64,000 nucleotides of DNA from Clostridia bacterium (lineage in GTDB: Bacteria > Bacillota > Clostridia > TANB77 > CAG-508). Below are positions 42,562 to 51,464 of this stretch, piece after piece. The stretch spans positions 12,808 through 76,807 of the forward strand of contig JAAWFD010000021.1 in NCBI GenBank assembly GCA_022794615.1, read 5' to 3'. Positions within the stretch are counted from its first letter, which is position 1. Every line of letters begins with the position of its first letter. The position numbers and the translations under genes were made by a program. The notes beneath the pieces were generated by a model. The model did no database searches. It had not been told where the DNA came from and saw only the letters and a list, made by a program, of their open reading frames with translations.

Positions 42562-43257
42562 TTATTTCGTGAAAAACTTTATAATTTGTTTATCAATTAA
42601 ATCAAGTGATACACTAGATATTTTTACATTTCTTCTTATAGTATCTTTAAAAATTCTTTGTTTACTAATTGTTGTTATTTGATTGATTAACGCAATGCTA
42701 TCTTTCTTCATTTTAGAAATTTCTTGTTCCATTTTTTCAATATATTTTTGTTCTTTTTCTATTATATTTTGAATGTTAATAGGTACGTCTTTTATCTTTT
42801 CTAATTCATCTAATATTTGCTGTAACTTTTGTTTTTCTTTTTCAATTTTATCTTGAAAAACATTATAAAGTTCCTTTCCAAGATTTACAGAAGAAGAGTC
42901 ATATTTCTTTCCATCTTTTCTTGATGTTAAAGGAATAACATTTAAGGCTCCATTTTTTGTATTATCATATTTATTTAGAACAATACAATAGTGTAGTCCA
43001 CCTAATTCATTTCCAATATTGAAACCTAAATTTACTTTAATAATATCACCACGAGAATACATTCCAGATTTTGCAATATTAAATGTTTTTTCTTCATCAT
43101 GATACGTAGCAAAGTCATTAATCCAATAAGCTAATAAATTACTTTTTTTATATTCATTTAATTCTATATGTTTCAAAAAAGATAAATCTAGTCTATTCAA
43201 TGAATTATCCTTATGTATAATAGCATTATTTTTTAATTCGATTTCATTTTCATTCAA
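42562..43257 (-). CDS. MazF/PemK-like endoribonuclease toxin domain protein with long N- and C-terminal (coiled-coil) extensions
   Basis: RGDIIKVNLGFNIGNELGGLHYCIVLNKYDN...NVIPLTSR aligns with EndoA/PemK core (RGDV..DL.P..GSEQGG.RP.LVI...I.A.TSQ); 231 aa total, no adjacent antitoxin ORF. Confidence 0.5.
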   Translation of the reverse strand: MNENEIELKNNAIIHKDNSLNRLDLSFLKHIELNEYKKSNLLAYWINDFATYHDEEKTFNIAKSGMYSRGDIIKVNLGFNIGNELGGLHYCIVLNKYDNTKNGALNVIPLTSRKDGKKYDSSSVNLGKELYNVFQDKIEKEKQKLQQILDELEKIKDVPINIQNIIEKEQKYIEKMEQEISKMKKDSIALINQITTISKQRIFKDTIRRNVKISSVSLDLIDKQIIKFFTK

Positions 43258-43448
43258 GGTATCATCTCCTAGTATTTTTTATAGAAACAGTATATCAAAC
43301 ATTTGTTTAAAATACAATATCTATTGAAAAATAATTTTATTATGTTATAATTTATACATCAGTTTATTAATCGAATTATTTTTTTGAGCAAAATATGGGA
43401 GGAACACTATGAAAAATAAGCGATTTTTTCCCAAATAACCTCCTAAAA

Positions 43449-43482
43449 CGCTCCAACGACGTTTCTGTTCGAACTAATAGAA
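43449..43482. repeat. 34-bp direct repeat copy 2 (att-like), identical to 40621..40654
   Basis: Exact match; downstream sequence also resembles the region 3' of tRNA-Glu (6057-6120). Confidence 0.8.
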
Positions 43483-43491
43483 CGGATAGAT

Positions 43492-43794
43492 ATGAATATC
43501 ATTCTGAAAAGGATGGTATTTGAAATGAAGATAATTAAGCAAAAACTAGAATTTGAGGAATGTCTAAAGCAAAGGCTGGAATTTATATGTGAGTTTTCTA
43601 AAGTTACTCCTATTTTTATCAAAGGTAGCATTAGAAAATTAGAGAGAACTAATCTTACATATATTGAAACACATAGAGTTATTATTAAAAACATTACTTT
43701 TTTAGTGTTTAATTACTCTAATGATGTGTATATTACTAACTTAACTAAAAAGATTAAATTATCAGAGTTAGAAGAATATTTCAAAAACAAATGA
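43492..43794 (+). CDS. hypothetical small protein (likely start at 43525, MKIIKQK..)
   Basis: ORF; N-terminus paralogous to 40739 ORF; no motif. Confidence 0.3.
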   Translation: MNIILKRMVFEMKIIKQKLEFEECLKQRLEFICEFSKVTPIFIKGSIRKLERTNLTYIETHRVIIKNITFLVFNYSNDVYITNLTKKIKLSELEEYFKNK

Positions 43795-43832
43795 TTGTAA
43801 ATATTTGACATTTCTTTCATAATCTACTGTAA

Positions 43833-43904
43833 TTTTCTTAAATAGACTCTGTCGATGATTTTCTTAAATAGACTCTTGACATCACAAAAAAAATATAGTA
43901 AAAT
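43833..43904 (+). promoter_or_regulatory. two 18-bp direct repeats (ttttcttaaatagactct, 26-bp phasing) overlapping a TTGACA-17-TAAAAT promoter upstream of the uracil permease leader
   Basis: DR1 43833-43850, DR2 43859-43876; -35 at 43876-43881, -10 at 43899-43904. Confidence 0.45.
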
Positions 43905-43921
43905 TTCCAAGGGTGTAAAAA

Positions 43922-44029
43922 ATGAGAAAAATTGTAGAAAAAATAAAAGCTAATACAATTGCAAAAAGCAAAGAAAATTTGCTTATATTAATAATTACTA
44001 CAATTAATTTCATTATATATATGTATTAA
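43922..44029 (+). CDS. possible 35-aa hydrophobic leader peptide ending 1 nt before a terminator hairpin
   Basis: MRKIVEKIKANTIAKSKENLLILIITTINFIIYMY; weak SD; stop abuts hairpin 44030-44065. Confidence 0.25.
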   Translation: MRKIVEKIKANTIAKSKENLLILIITTINFIIYMY

Positions 44030-44072
44030 TAAATCACTAAAAAGAAAAAAAATCTTTTGGTGATTTATTTTT
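44030..44072 (+). terminator. intrinsic terminator / attenuator in the leader of the uracil permease gene
   Basis: aaatcactaaaaaga ... tcttttggtgattt followed by ATTTTTA. Confidence 0.5.
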
Positions 44073-44115
44073 ATATAAGAAAAATAAAAACCAAGAATAT
44101 AAAGGAGGAAAGTTT

Positions 44116-45456
44116 ATGAAAAATAGCAAAATGATTTTAGATGTAAATGAAAAGCCAACAATTCCAAAATGGATAATATTAGCATTCCAACATGTATTTG
44201 CAATGTTTGGAGCAACAATTTTAGTACCAATCTTAGTAAACGCACAAGCAGGTGAGACAGTATTAACAATACCAGTAGCATTAGTAACATCAGGTATAGG
44301 AACATTAATTTATATATTATGTACAAGAGGAAAATCACCAGTATATTTAGGAAGCTCATTTGCCTTTATAGCACCACTAGTAGCAGCATATGCAAAAGGT
44401 GGGTCATCAGGAGCTATGACAGGAATAATGGCAGTAGGACTAGTATACATAGTATTTGCAATACTAATAAAATTCATAGGAAAAAATTGGATAAACAAAT
44501 TATTACCACCAATAGTAATAGGACCAATGATAATGATAATAGGATTAAGTCTTGCACCTTCAGCAATAACACAAATGGGACTTAATGCACAAGGAGTAAT
44601 GGAATGGAAGACAATTTTAGTAGCAGTGGTTTCATTCTTAGTAACAGCAATTGTAGCAGTAAGAGGAAAAGGATTTCTAAAAATAATACCATTTTTAGTA
44701 GGAATAATAACAGGATATATAGTATCAATATGTGTTGGTCTAGTTGATTTCAAACCTATAGCAGAAGCAGCATTTTTCAGTATGCCACAATTTATAATAC
44801 CATTCATAAATTACACACCAAGTTTTAGTGCATTATTGACAATTGCACCAATAGCATTAGTAACAATGGCAGAACATATAGGAGACCATACTGCATTAAG
44901 TACAATAATAGGAAAAGATTTATTAAAAGAGCCAGGACTAGATAGGACATTATTAGGAGATGGAATAGCAACATTTGTAGCAGGATTATTAGGAGGACCA
45001 GCAAACACAACATACGGAGAAAACACATCTGTAGTAGGAATGACAAAAATAGCATCAGTTTGGGTAATTGGATTAGCAGCAATATTTGCAATATGTTTAG
45101 GATTTTTAGGAAAATTCACAGCATTAGTATCAACAATACCAAATGCAGTATTAGGAGGGGTATCATTACTACTGTATGGATTTATAGCAGTTAATGGACT
45201 AAAAGTGCTAATACAAAACCAAGTAGATTTTGGAAAGACAAAAAATGTAATAGTAGCATCAGCAATGCTTGTATTAGGACTAGGAGGAGCAGCAATATCA
45301 ATAATTAATGGAGACTTATCAATAACAATTTCAGGAATGAGTTTATCAGCAATAGTAGGAATACTAATAAATTTCTTATTACCAGAAGAAAAAGAAGAAA
45401 CAAACAAAAAGGAAGAACAAAAAAAAGAAGAAAGTAAAGAAGTAGAGCATGTGTAA
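44116..45456 (+). CDS. uracil/xanthine permease (NCS2 family)
   Basis: 446 aa, ~13 TM; NCS2 signature region (FQHVFAMFGATILVP); operon with upp. Confidence 0.85.
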   Translation: MKNSKMILDVNEKPTIPKWIILAFQHVFAMFGATILVPILVNAQAGETVLTIPVALVTSGIGTLIYILCTRGKSPVYLGSSFAFIAPLVAAYAKGGSSGAMTGIMAVGLVYIVFAILIKFIGKNWINKLLPPIVIGPMIMIIGLSLAPSAITQMGLNAQGVMEWKTILVAVVSFLVTAIVAVRGKGFLKIIPFLVGIITGYIVSICVGLVDFKPIAEAAFFSMPQFIIPFINYTPSFSALLTIAPIALVTMAEHIGDHTALSTIIGKDLLKEPGLDRTLLGDGIATFVAGLLGGPANTTYGENTSVVGMTKIASVWVIGLAAIFAICLGFLGKFTALVSTIPNAVLGGVSLLLYGFIAVNGLKVLIQNQVDFGKTKNVIVASAMLVLGLGGAAISIINGDLSITISGMSLSAIVGILINFLLPEEKEETNKKEEQKKEESKEVEHV

Positions 45457-45480
45457 AAAAAAGAAAAAGGAGGAGAAGAA

Positions 45481-46107
45481 ATGAAGGCGATAGAAATAAA
45501 ACATCCACTAATAGAACACAAAGTTGGAATAATGAGAGACAAAAGAACAGGAACAAAAGAGTTTAGAGAGCTTGCTAGTGAAATTGCGATGTTTTTATGT
45601 TATGAAGCAATGAGAGATGCACAAACAGAAGAAATAGAAATAGAGACACCAATAACAAAAACAGTAACGAAAAAAGTAAATGAAGACAAATATGCATTTA
45701 TACCAATATTAAGAGCAGGAATGGGAATGTCAGAAGGAATAATAAGAATTATACCAAATGCTAAGATAGGAGTAATTGGGTTATATCGTAACGAGGAAAC
45801 ATTAGAACCAGTAAGATACTATTACAAAGTACCAAAAGACATTAAAGAAAGAGAAGTAATATTATTAGACCCCATGCTTGCAACTGGAGGATCAGCAATA
45901 GATGCTATAAAAATGATAAAAGAAGACGGAGTAAAGAAAATTAAGTTTTTATGCTTGATAGCAGCACCAGAAGGAATAAAAAGGGTAGAAGAAGCCTATC
46001 CAGATGTTCAAATATATTGTGCACAAATAGATGACCATTTAAATGAAATAGGATATATAGTACCAGGTTTAGGAGATGCAGGAGATAGAATATTTGGAAT
46101 AAAATAA
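45481..46107 (+). CDS. upp: uracil phosphoribosyltransferase
   Basis: HPLIEHKVGIMRDKRTGTKEFRELASEIA.., PRPP-binding VILLDPMLATGGSA. Confidence 0.9.
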   Translation: MKAIEIKHPLIEHKVGIMRDKRTGTKEFRELASEIAMFLCYEAMRDAQTEEIEIETPITKTVTKKVNEDKYAFIPILRAGMGMSEGIIRIIPNAKIGVIGLYRNEETLEPVRYYYKVPKDIKEREVILLDPMLATGGSAIDAIKMIKEDGVKKIKFLCLIAAPEGIKRVEEAYPDVQIYCAQIDDHLNEIGYIVPGLGDAGDRIFGIK

Positions 46108-46111
46108 TTTT

Positions 46112-46989
46112 TGTGTCATGGGGACGTTCTTTTTGACACACACCAATAAATACTTCAAAAAAATCATAAAATTAGAAAATAGAACAAATTTCGACACAAC
46201 AACAAGGAATAATATGATATAATAAAGATAATTTTTATATCATATTATTTTTTATCTAATTTAAAAGGAGGCACAATGCCAAGATTTCCAAGAAGTTATA
46301 TCAAAACATTTTTATTTCATATAGTAACCCAAGGAATTAACAAGAGTTACATATTTGAAAATTCAAACGACATAAAATATTATATAAACATAATGAATCT
46401 ATTAAGTGAAAACTGCGAAGTTAAAATACTAGCATATTGTGTGATGAATAATCATACACATATGCTAGTAGAAACTGAGCAGGTTGAAAAATTAAGTAAA
46501 TATATGCAACGATTAAATACAAAGTATGCAAAATATTACAACAAGAAATATGAAAGAGTAGGATATGTATTTAGAAATAGATATTGTTCACAAGGAATTT
46601 ATAATGAAGAACAGTTATATAATTGTATGATGTATATTTACAATAATCCAGTAAAAGCAGGTATATGTAAAGAAGCAAAAGACTATCCATATTCTAATTA
46701 TAAAGAAATAAAAGTAAAATTAAAAGAAGAATATACATTTATAGATGCAAATGAAGAGCCACCTATCGAATGTAAAAATATAATAAAAAAGTTTTTAAAA
46801 GAAAATAATATAAATTTACAAGAATTAAAAGAAGATAGCCAAAGACTTGAAGAGCTGATAACCATATTGAAAAAAGACAATGGTATATCATTAAGAAAGA
46901 TATCTGAACAATTAGAGCTAAATAGAGAAAAAGTAAGAAGACTATATAATAAGCAATAAGTGTGTCAAAAAGAACGTCCCCATGACACA
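46112..46989 (+). mobile_element. RayT-type (IS200/Y1 HuH) transposase element bounded by perfect 29-bp inverted repeats
   Basis: IR-L 46112-46140 TGTGTCATGGGGACGTTCTTTTTGACACA; IR-R 46961-46989 is its exact reverse complement; single gene inside. Confidence 0.75.
46276..46959 (+). CDS. REP-associated tyrosine transposase (RayT/TnpA_REP, IS200-like Y1 HuH), with C-terminal HTH-like extension
   Basis: HuH motif NNHTHMLVE; Y1 motif MMYIYNNPVKAGI (YIxxNPVKAG); 227 aa. Confidence 0.7.
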   Translation: MPRFPRSYIKTFLFHIVTQGINKSYIFENSNDIKYYINIMNLLSENCEVKILAYCVMNNHTHMLVETEQVEKLSKYMQRLNTKYAKYYNKKYERVGYVFRNRYCSQGIYNEEQLYNCMMYIYNNPVKAGICKEAKDYPYSNYKEIKVKLKEEYTFIDANEEPPIECKNIIKKFLKENNINLQELKEDSQRLEELITILKKDNGISLRKISEQLELNREKVRRLYNKQ

Positions 46990-47140
46990 TCCCATTGACA
47001 TTGAAACAAAATGTGGTAAAATATAAAAAAACAAAAAATAAGAAAAGGAGAAGTTAGTTTATAATATGTAATATATATATGTACATATAAAATTTAAGGC
47101 ATATAAATTATTAACATAATAACTAATGTAAAAAATAAGA

Positions 47141-48046
47141 ATGGGATTTTTTGATAAATTAAAACAAGGGTTAAGCAAAACAAAAACATCATTTGATGAA
47201 AAAATAAACAATGTATTCAGTAATTTCAGAAAAGTAGATGAAGACTTTTTAGAAGAATTAGAAGAGGCATTAATATTATCAGATATAGGAATAGAAACAT
47301 CAGTTAAAATAATAGGAAGACTAAGAGAAAGAGTAAAAAAAGAAAAGATAGAAGATGAAGAACAAGTAAGACAAACACTAAGAGAAGAAATAATAAAAAT
47401 ATTAGATGTAGAGAACAAAGAATTAAAACTAGAAACAAAACCATCAGTAGTATTAGTAATAGGAGTAAATGGAGTAGGAAAAACAACATCAATAGGAAAA
47501 ATAGCAGCAAGACTAACAAAAGAAGGGAAAAAGGTAGTAATTGCAGCAGCAGATACATTTAGAGCAGCAGCAGTAGAACAATTAGAAATATGGGCAAAAA
47601 GAAGTAACTCAGAAATAGTAAAAAGAGAAGAAGGAATAGACCCAGCTTCAGTAGTATATGAAGCAATAAAAAGAACAAAAGAAACAAATGCAGATGTTTT
47701 AATTTGCGATACAGCAGGAAGATTACACAACAAGAAATACTTAATGGATGAATTAAATAAAATACAAAAAGTAATTAATAAAGAAATGACTGAATGCTCA
47801 AAAGAAGTATTATTAGTAATAGATGGAACAACAGGACAAAATGCTATATCACAAGTAAAAGCATTCAAAGAAGAAGCAGATATAACAGGACTAGTATTAA
47901 CAAAATTAGATGGTACTGCAAAAGGTGGAGTAGTAATAGGAATAGTAGAAGAAAATAAGATACCAGTTAAGTTTATAGGTGTTGGTGAACAAATTGATGA
48001 TATGGAAATCTTTAATTCTAAAGATTTTGTAAAAGCAATTATATAA
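47141..48046 (+). CDS. ftsY: signal recognition particle receptor FtsY
   Basis: SRP GTPase motifs VIGVNGVGKTTSIGK, DTAGR, TKLDG. Confidence 0.9.
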   Translation: MGFFDKLKQGLSKTKTSFDEKINNVFSNFRKVDEDFLEELEEALILSDIGIETSVKIIGRLRERVKKEKIEDEEQVRQTLREEIIKILDVENKELKLETKPSVVLVIGVNGVGKTTSIGKIAARLTKEGKKVVIAAADTFRAAAVEQLEIWAKRSNSEIVKREEGIDPASVVYEAIKRTKETNADVLICDTAGRLHNKKYLMDELNKIQKVINKEMTECSKEVLLVIDGTTGQNAISQVKAFKEEADITGLVLTKLDGTAKGGVVIGIVEENKIPVKFIGVGEQIDDMEIFNSKDFVKAII

Positions 48047-48091
48047 CTAAATAGGTTGTATCTACGAAAAAAGAAAATAAACCTAATATAA

Positions 48092-50881
48092 ATGTGGAGG
48101 AAGACATTGGAGAAAATAAAAGAAATATTAAAAAATAAAAATTCAAGAGTGATATTAGTAATATTATTTTTAATAATATTTATATTAACAACAATAATAG
48201 TCCAAAGAGGAACATACTTAGAATATAAAGAATTAGGAGACCAATATATAAGCATTTTTGAAATGAATCTAAAATGTAAGTATATGATAATGGCAATAAG
48301 TTTTGTAATAATATATATAATAGTATATCTAATAAATAGAGGAGTAAAAAAGGGTATAAAACCATTTCTAGAACAAGATAACGTACAAATGCCCAAATTT
48401 TTAAACAAATCATTAGCATTAGTAATAGCAGTTATAGGAAGTGTAATAATATCAAACATGTTACAAGAAAAGATATTAATGCTAATGAGTAATGTAACAT
48501 TTCAAACAACAGATCCAATATTTAATCTAGATATATCATATTATATGTTTATAAAACCAGTAATAGAATTAGGAATACAATTATATATAACATCTGTAAT
48601 ATTGACAAGTATATATATGTCAGCATATTATATCATAATATTTAGTATATACTGTAATGGAGTAGATAGAGAATTACTAAAGAAGAGTTTATTATTCAAA
48701 AAATTGCAAAGAAATGTAATACTAATAGCTATAGGAATAGCAACAGCCACATTTGTAAACACACAAAATATAGTGCTAGAGCCATTCTTAAAATTAAAGA
48801 ATGAAGCAGAAACAGAATTAATAGGTGCAGGATTTATAGAATCAACAATAAAACTAATAGGATATCAAATATTTTCAGTAGTAGTAATAATAGTAGGAAT
48901 ATTAGGAATAAAATATTTCAAAAAAAATCAAGCCAAGAAAGTATTAGCAAGACTAGCAATAATACCTTCATATTTAATAATATTTTTTTTAACAACACAA
49001 GGATTTTATTATATTTATATGAATTCAAATGAATTAGACAAGCAATGGGAATATATATCAGATAACATAGAATTCACAAAAAAGGCATATAACTTAGAAA
49101 TAACAGAGCAAAATTTAGACTATACAGGAATAATTAGATTACAAGAGATAGAAGAAAATCCTCAAGTAATAAGCAACATACCATTAGTAAGTAAAACAAT
49201 GGTACAAAACACATTAGAAGATACACAAACACAAACAGGGTATTATACATATAAAAATGTAGCTTTAGCACAATATAAAATAGCAAACAAGAACAGATTA
49301 GTATATATCGCCCCAAGAGAAATATCAAGTGGTAATGCCACATATAATTATAAAACATATGAATATACACACGGATTAGGGGAAATAATAGTATCAGCAA
49401 CAGATACAACAGAAAGGGGAACAGTACAATATATACAAAAAGATATAGAAGGGAATAACAACGCAGTAAAAATACAGCAACCCAGAATATATTTTGGCTT
49501 AGAAACTAATGAAACAATAGTAACGAATTCAAAAAACAAAGCAGAATATGATTACACAGACTCTGAAGGAAACCAGTATACATTTGAATATACAGGGAAA
49601 GCAGGTTTACAACTAGGATTTTCCGATAGACTTATATTAGCCACGAAACAGGGGAATTTCAAATTAGCTTTTTCAGACTCAGTAACAAATGAAAGCAAAA
49701 TACTAATAAATAGAAACATTAGACAAAGAGCAAAAAGAGCATTACCATATTTAATGTATGATGAAAATCCATATACTGTAATAGATGATAAAGGAGATAT
49801 ATATTGGGTAATAGATGCATACACAACATCAAGTGAATATCCATATTCAACATATACAGAAATCCAATATGAAGGACAAAAACATAGAATAAATTATATA
49901 AGAAATTCTGTAAAAGTAATAGTAAATGCATATGATGGAACAATGAAATTTTATATAACAGATAGAACAGACCCAATAGCGATAGCATACAACAAGTTAT
50001 ATCCAGATTTATTTGAGGATAAAGATGCAGTAATACCAGAAGATATATCAAGTAAATTTATATATCCAAAATTTTTATATGATGTACAAGCGAAAATGCT
50101 TGAAATATATCATAATGTAAAACCTGAGGTATTATACAGAAGTAATGATGTATGGAAATTTGCAACATACAATACAAACCAAACAAATAAATCAGTAGGA
50201 GAAACATTAGATTCATATTACACTATGCTAAAGACAACAGATTCAGAAACAGAAAAATTAGGACTAGTACAAATGTATACTAAAGATGGTAAATCAAATA
50301 TAATTTCATACTTAGTAGGAGAATGTAATGGAACAAATACAAAGCTAAGCATATACAAATTTTCAGCAGATACAAATTTGCTAGGACCAACACAGTTAGA
50401 TAAGCAGATAGAACAAGATGAAACAATATCTAAGCAGTTAAACAGCTTAAACATAACAGGTTCAAAAATTTCAAAAAATATAATAATAGTGCCAATAGAA
50501 AATACATTATTATACATAGAACCAATATATCAAACCATGATAAACGAATCTGATGTACCAAGCTTAAAAAAGGTAATAGTAGCATCAGGAACTAAAATGG
50601 CAATAGGTGATAACATCACCGAAGCACTTGAAAATTTGCTTTCACAATATGCACTTAATATACAAATAGATAGAACAGAAGATATTGATGGAATGATACA
50701 ATCAATAATTCAGGCAAATAAAAATTTAAAAGAATCTAGCGACAGTAAGAACTGGGAAATAATGGGTAGGGACATACAAGAATTACAAGATTTAATAGAC
50801 ATATTAGAAAAGTTGATTGATGAAAAGGAAAAGACTGAATTTCAAGAAACAGCACCAGTTAACGACACAGTAAATGAATAA
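48092..50881 (+). CDS. UPF0182 family membrane protein
   Basis: 929 aa; N-terminal ~7 TM helices then large extracytoplasmic domain; architecture typical of clostridial UPF0182 proteins. Confidence 0.55.
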   Translation: MWRKTLEKIKEILKNKNSRVILVILFLIIFILTTIIVQRGTYLEYKELGDQYISIFEMNLKCKYMIMAISFVIIYIIVYLINRGVKKGIKPFLEQDNVQMPKFLNKSLALVIAVIGSVIISNMLQEKILMLMSNVTFQTTDPIFNLDISYYMFIKPVIELGIQLYITSVILTSIYMSAYYIIIFSIYCNGVDRELLKKSLLFKKLQRNVILIAIGIATATFVNTQNIVLEPFLKLKNEAETELIGAGFIESTIKLIGYQIFSVVVIIVGILGIKYFKKNQAKKVLARLAIIPSYLIIFFLTTQGFYYIYMNSNELDKQWEYISDNIEFTKKAYNLEITEQNLDYTGIIRLQEIEENPQVISNIPLVSKTMVQNTLEDTQTQTGYYTYKNVALAQYKIANKNRLVYIAPREISSGNATYNYKTYEYTHGLGEIIVSATDTTERGTVQYIQKDIEGNNNAVKIQQPRIYFGLETNETIVTNSKNKAEYDYTDSEGNQYTFEYTGKAGLQLGFSDRLILATKQGNFKLAFSDSVTNESKILINRNIRQRAKRALPYLMYDENPYTVIDDKGDIYWVIDAYTTSSEYPYSTYTEIQYEGQKHRINYIRNSVKVIVNAYDGTMKFYITDRTDPIAIAYNKLYPDLFEDKDAVIPEDISSKFIYPKFLYDVQAKMLEIYHNVKPEVLYRSNDVWKFATYNTNQTNKSVGETLDSYYTMLKTTDSETEKLGLVQMYTKDGKSNIISYLVGECNGTNTKLSIYKFSADTNLLGPTQLDKQIEQDETISKQLNSLNITGSKISKNIIIVPIENTLLYIEPIYQTMINESDVPSLKKVIVASGTKMAIGDNITEALENLLSQYALNIQIDRTEDIDGMIQSIIQANKNLKESSDSKNWEIMGRDIQELQDLIDILEKLIDEKEKTEFQETAPVNDTVNE

Positions 50882-51022
50882 CAAATAAGAAATTCATTTA
50901 TACATATATAATATTTTATATGTGTATAAGTGAATTTTTATTTTTTCTTATTGATAGGAGAAATCAAGGATTTTAACTATTCAAAAGATTAGTATTTTTA
51001 CACAACAAAAAGGAGTTATATA

Positions 51023-51328
51023 ATGTCTGAGAAAAAAGAAGATAAAATAGAAGAAAAATTAAATATTTTAGAAGTAGGAATTGATAAAATTAACAAAACT
51101 CTAAAAAAGAGAGAATTGCACGACTTAGTATATATTTTAGGAAGTAAAAGAGAAATTTTAAGGCGAAATTTGCTAGCAGGAATTTCAAGAGGAATTGGAA
51201 CAGGTATAGGATTTACAATAATAACAGCAGTAATAATATATTTCTTACAAAAAATTGTAAGACTAAATATACCAGTCATAGGAGAATATATTAATGATAT
51301 TATACAAATCGTACAACATTCAAAATAG
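51023..51328 (+). CDS. hypothetical small membrane protein (101 aa)
   Basis: SD AAAGGAG; one C-terminal TM segment; no motif. Confidence 0.3.
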   Translation: MSEKKEDKIEEKLNILEVGIDKINKTLKKRELHDLVYILGSKREILRRNLLAGISRGIGTGIGFTIITAVIIYFLQKIVRLNIPVIGEYINDIIQIVQHSK

Positions 51329-51464
51329 AAGAATTTATAAAGTATAATGTTTTAAAATTTACTTGCTATTTTAATTGAATATGATAAAATACAAGTATTA
51401 AATAAAATGTAAAATATTAAAATTAGACAAAATAAACAATCCAAACCAAAAAGGAAGAGAAAAG

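Noticed and set aside
43900-44115. PyrR attenuator upstream of uracil permease
   Set aside because: No ARUCCNGNGAGGYU-like PyrR-binding loop visible and no pyrR gene nearby; described as an attenuator of unknown type.
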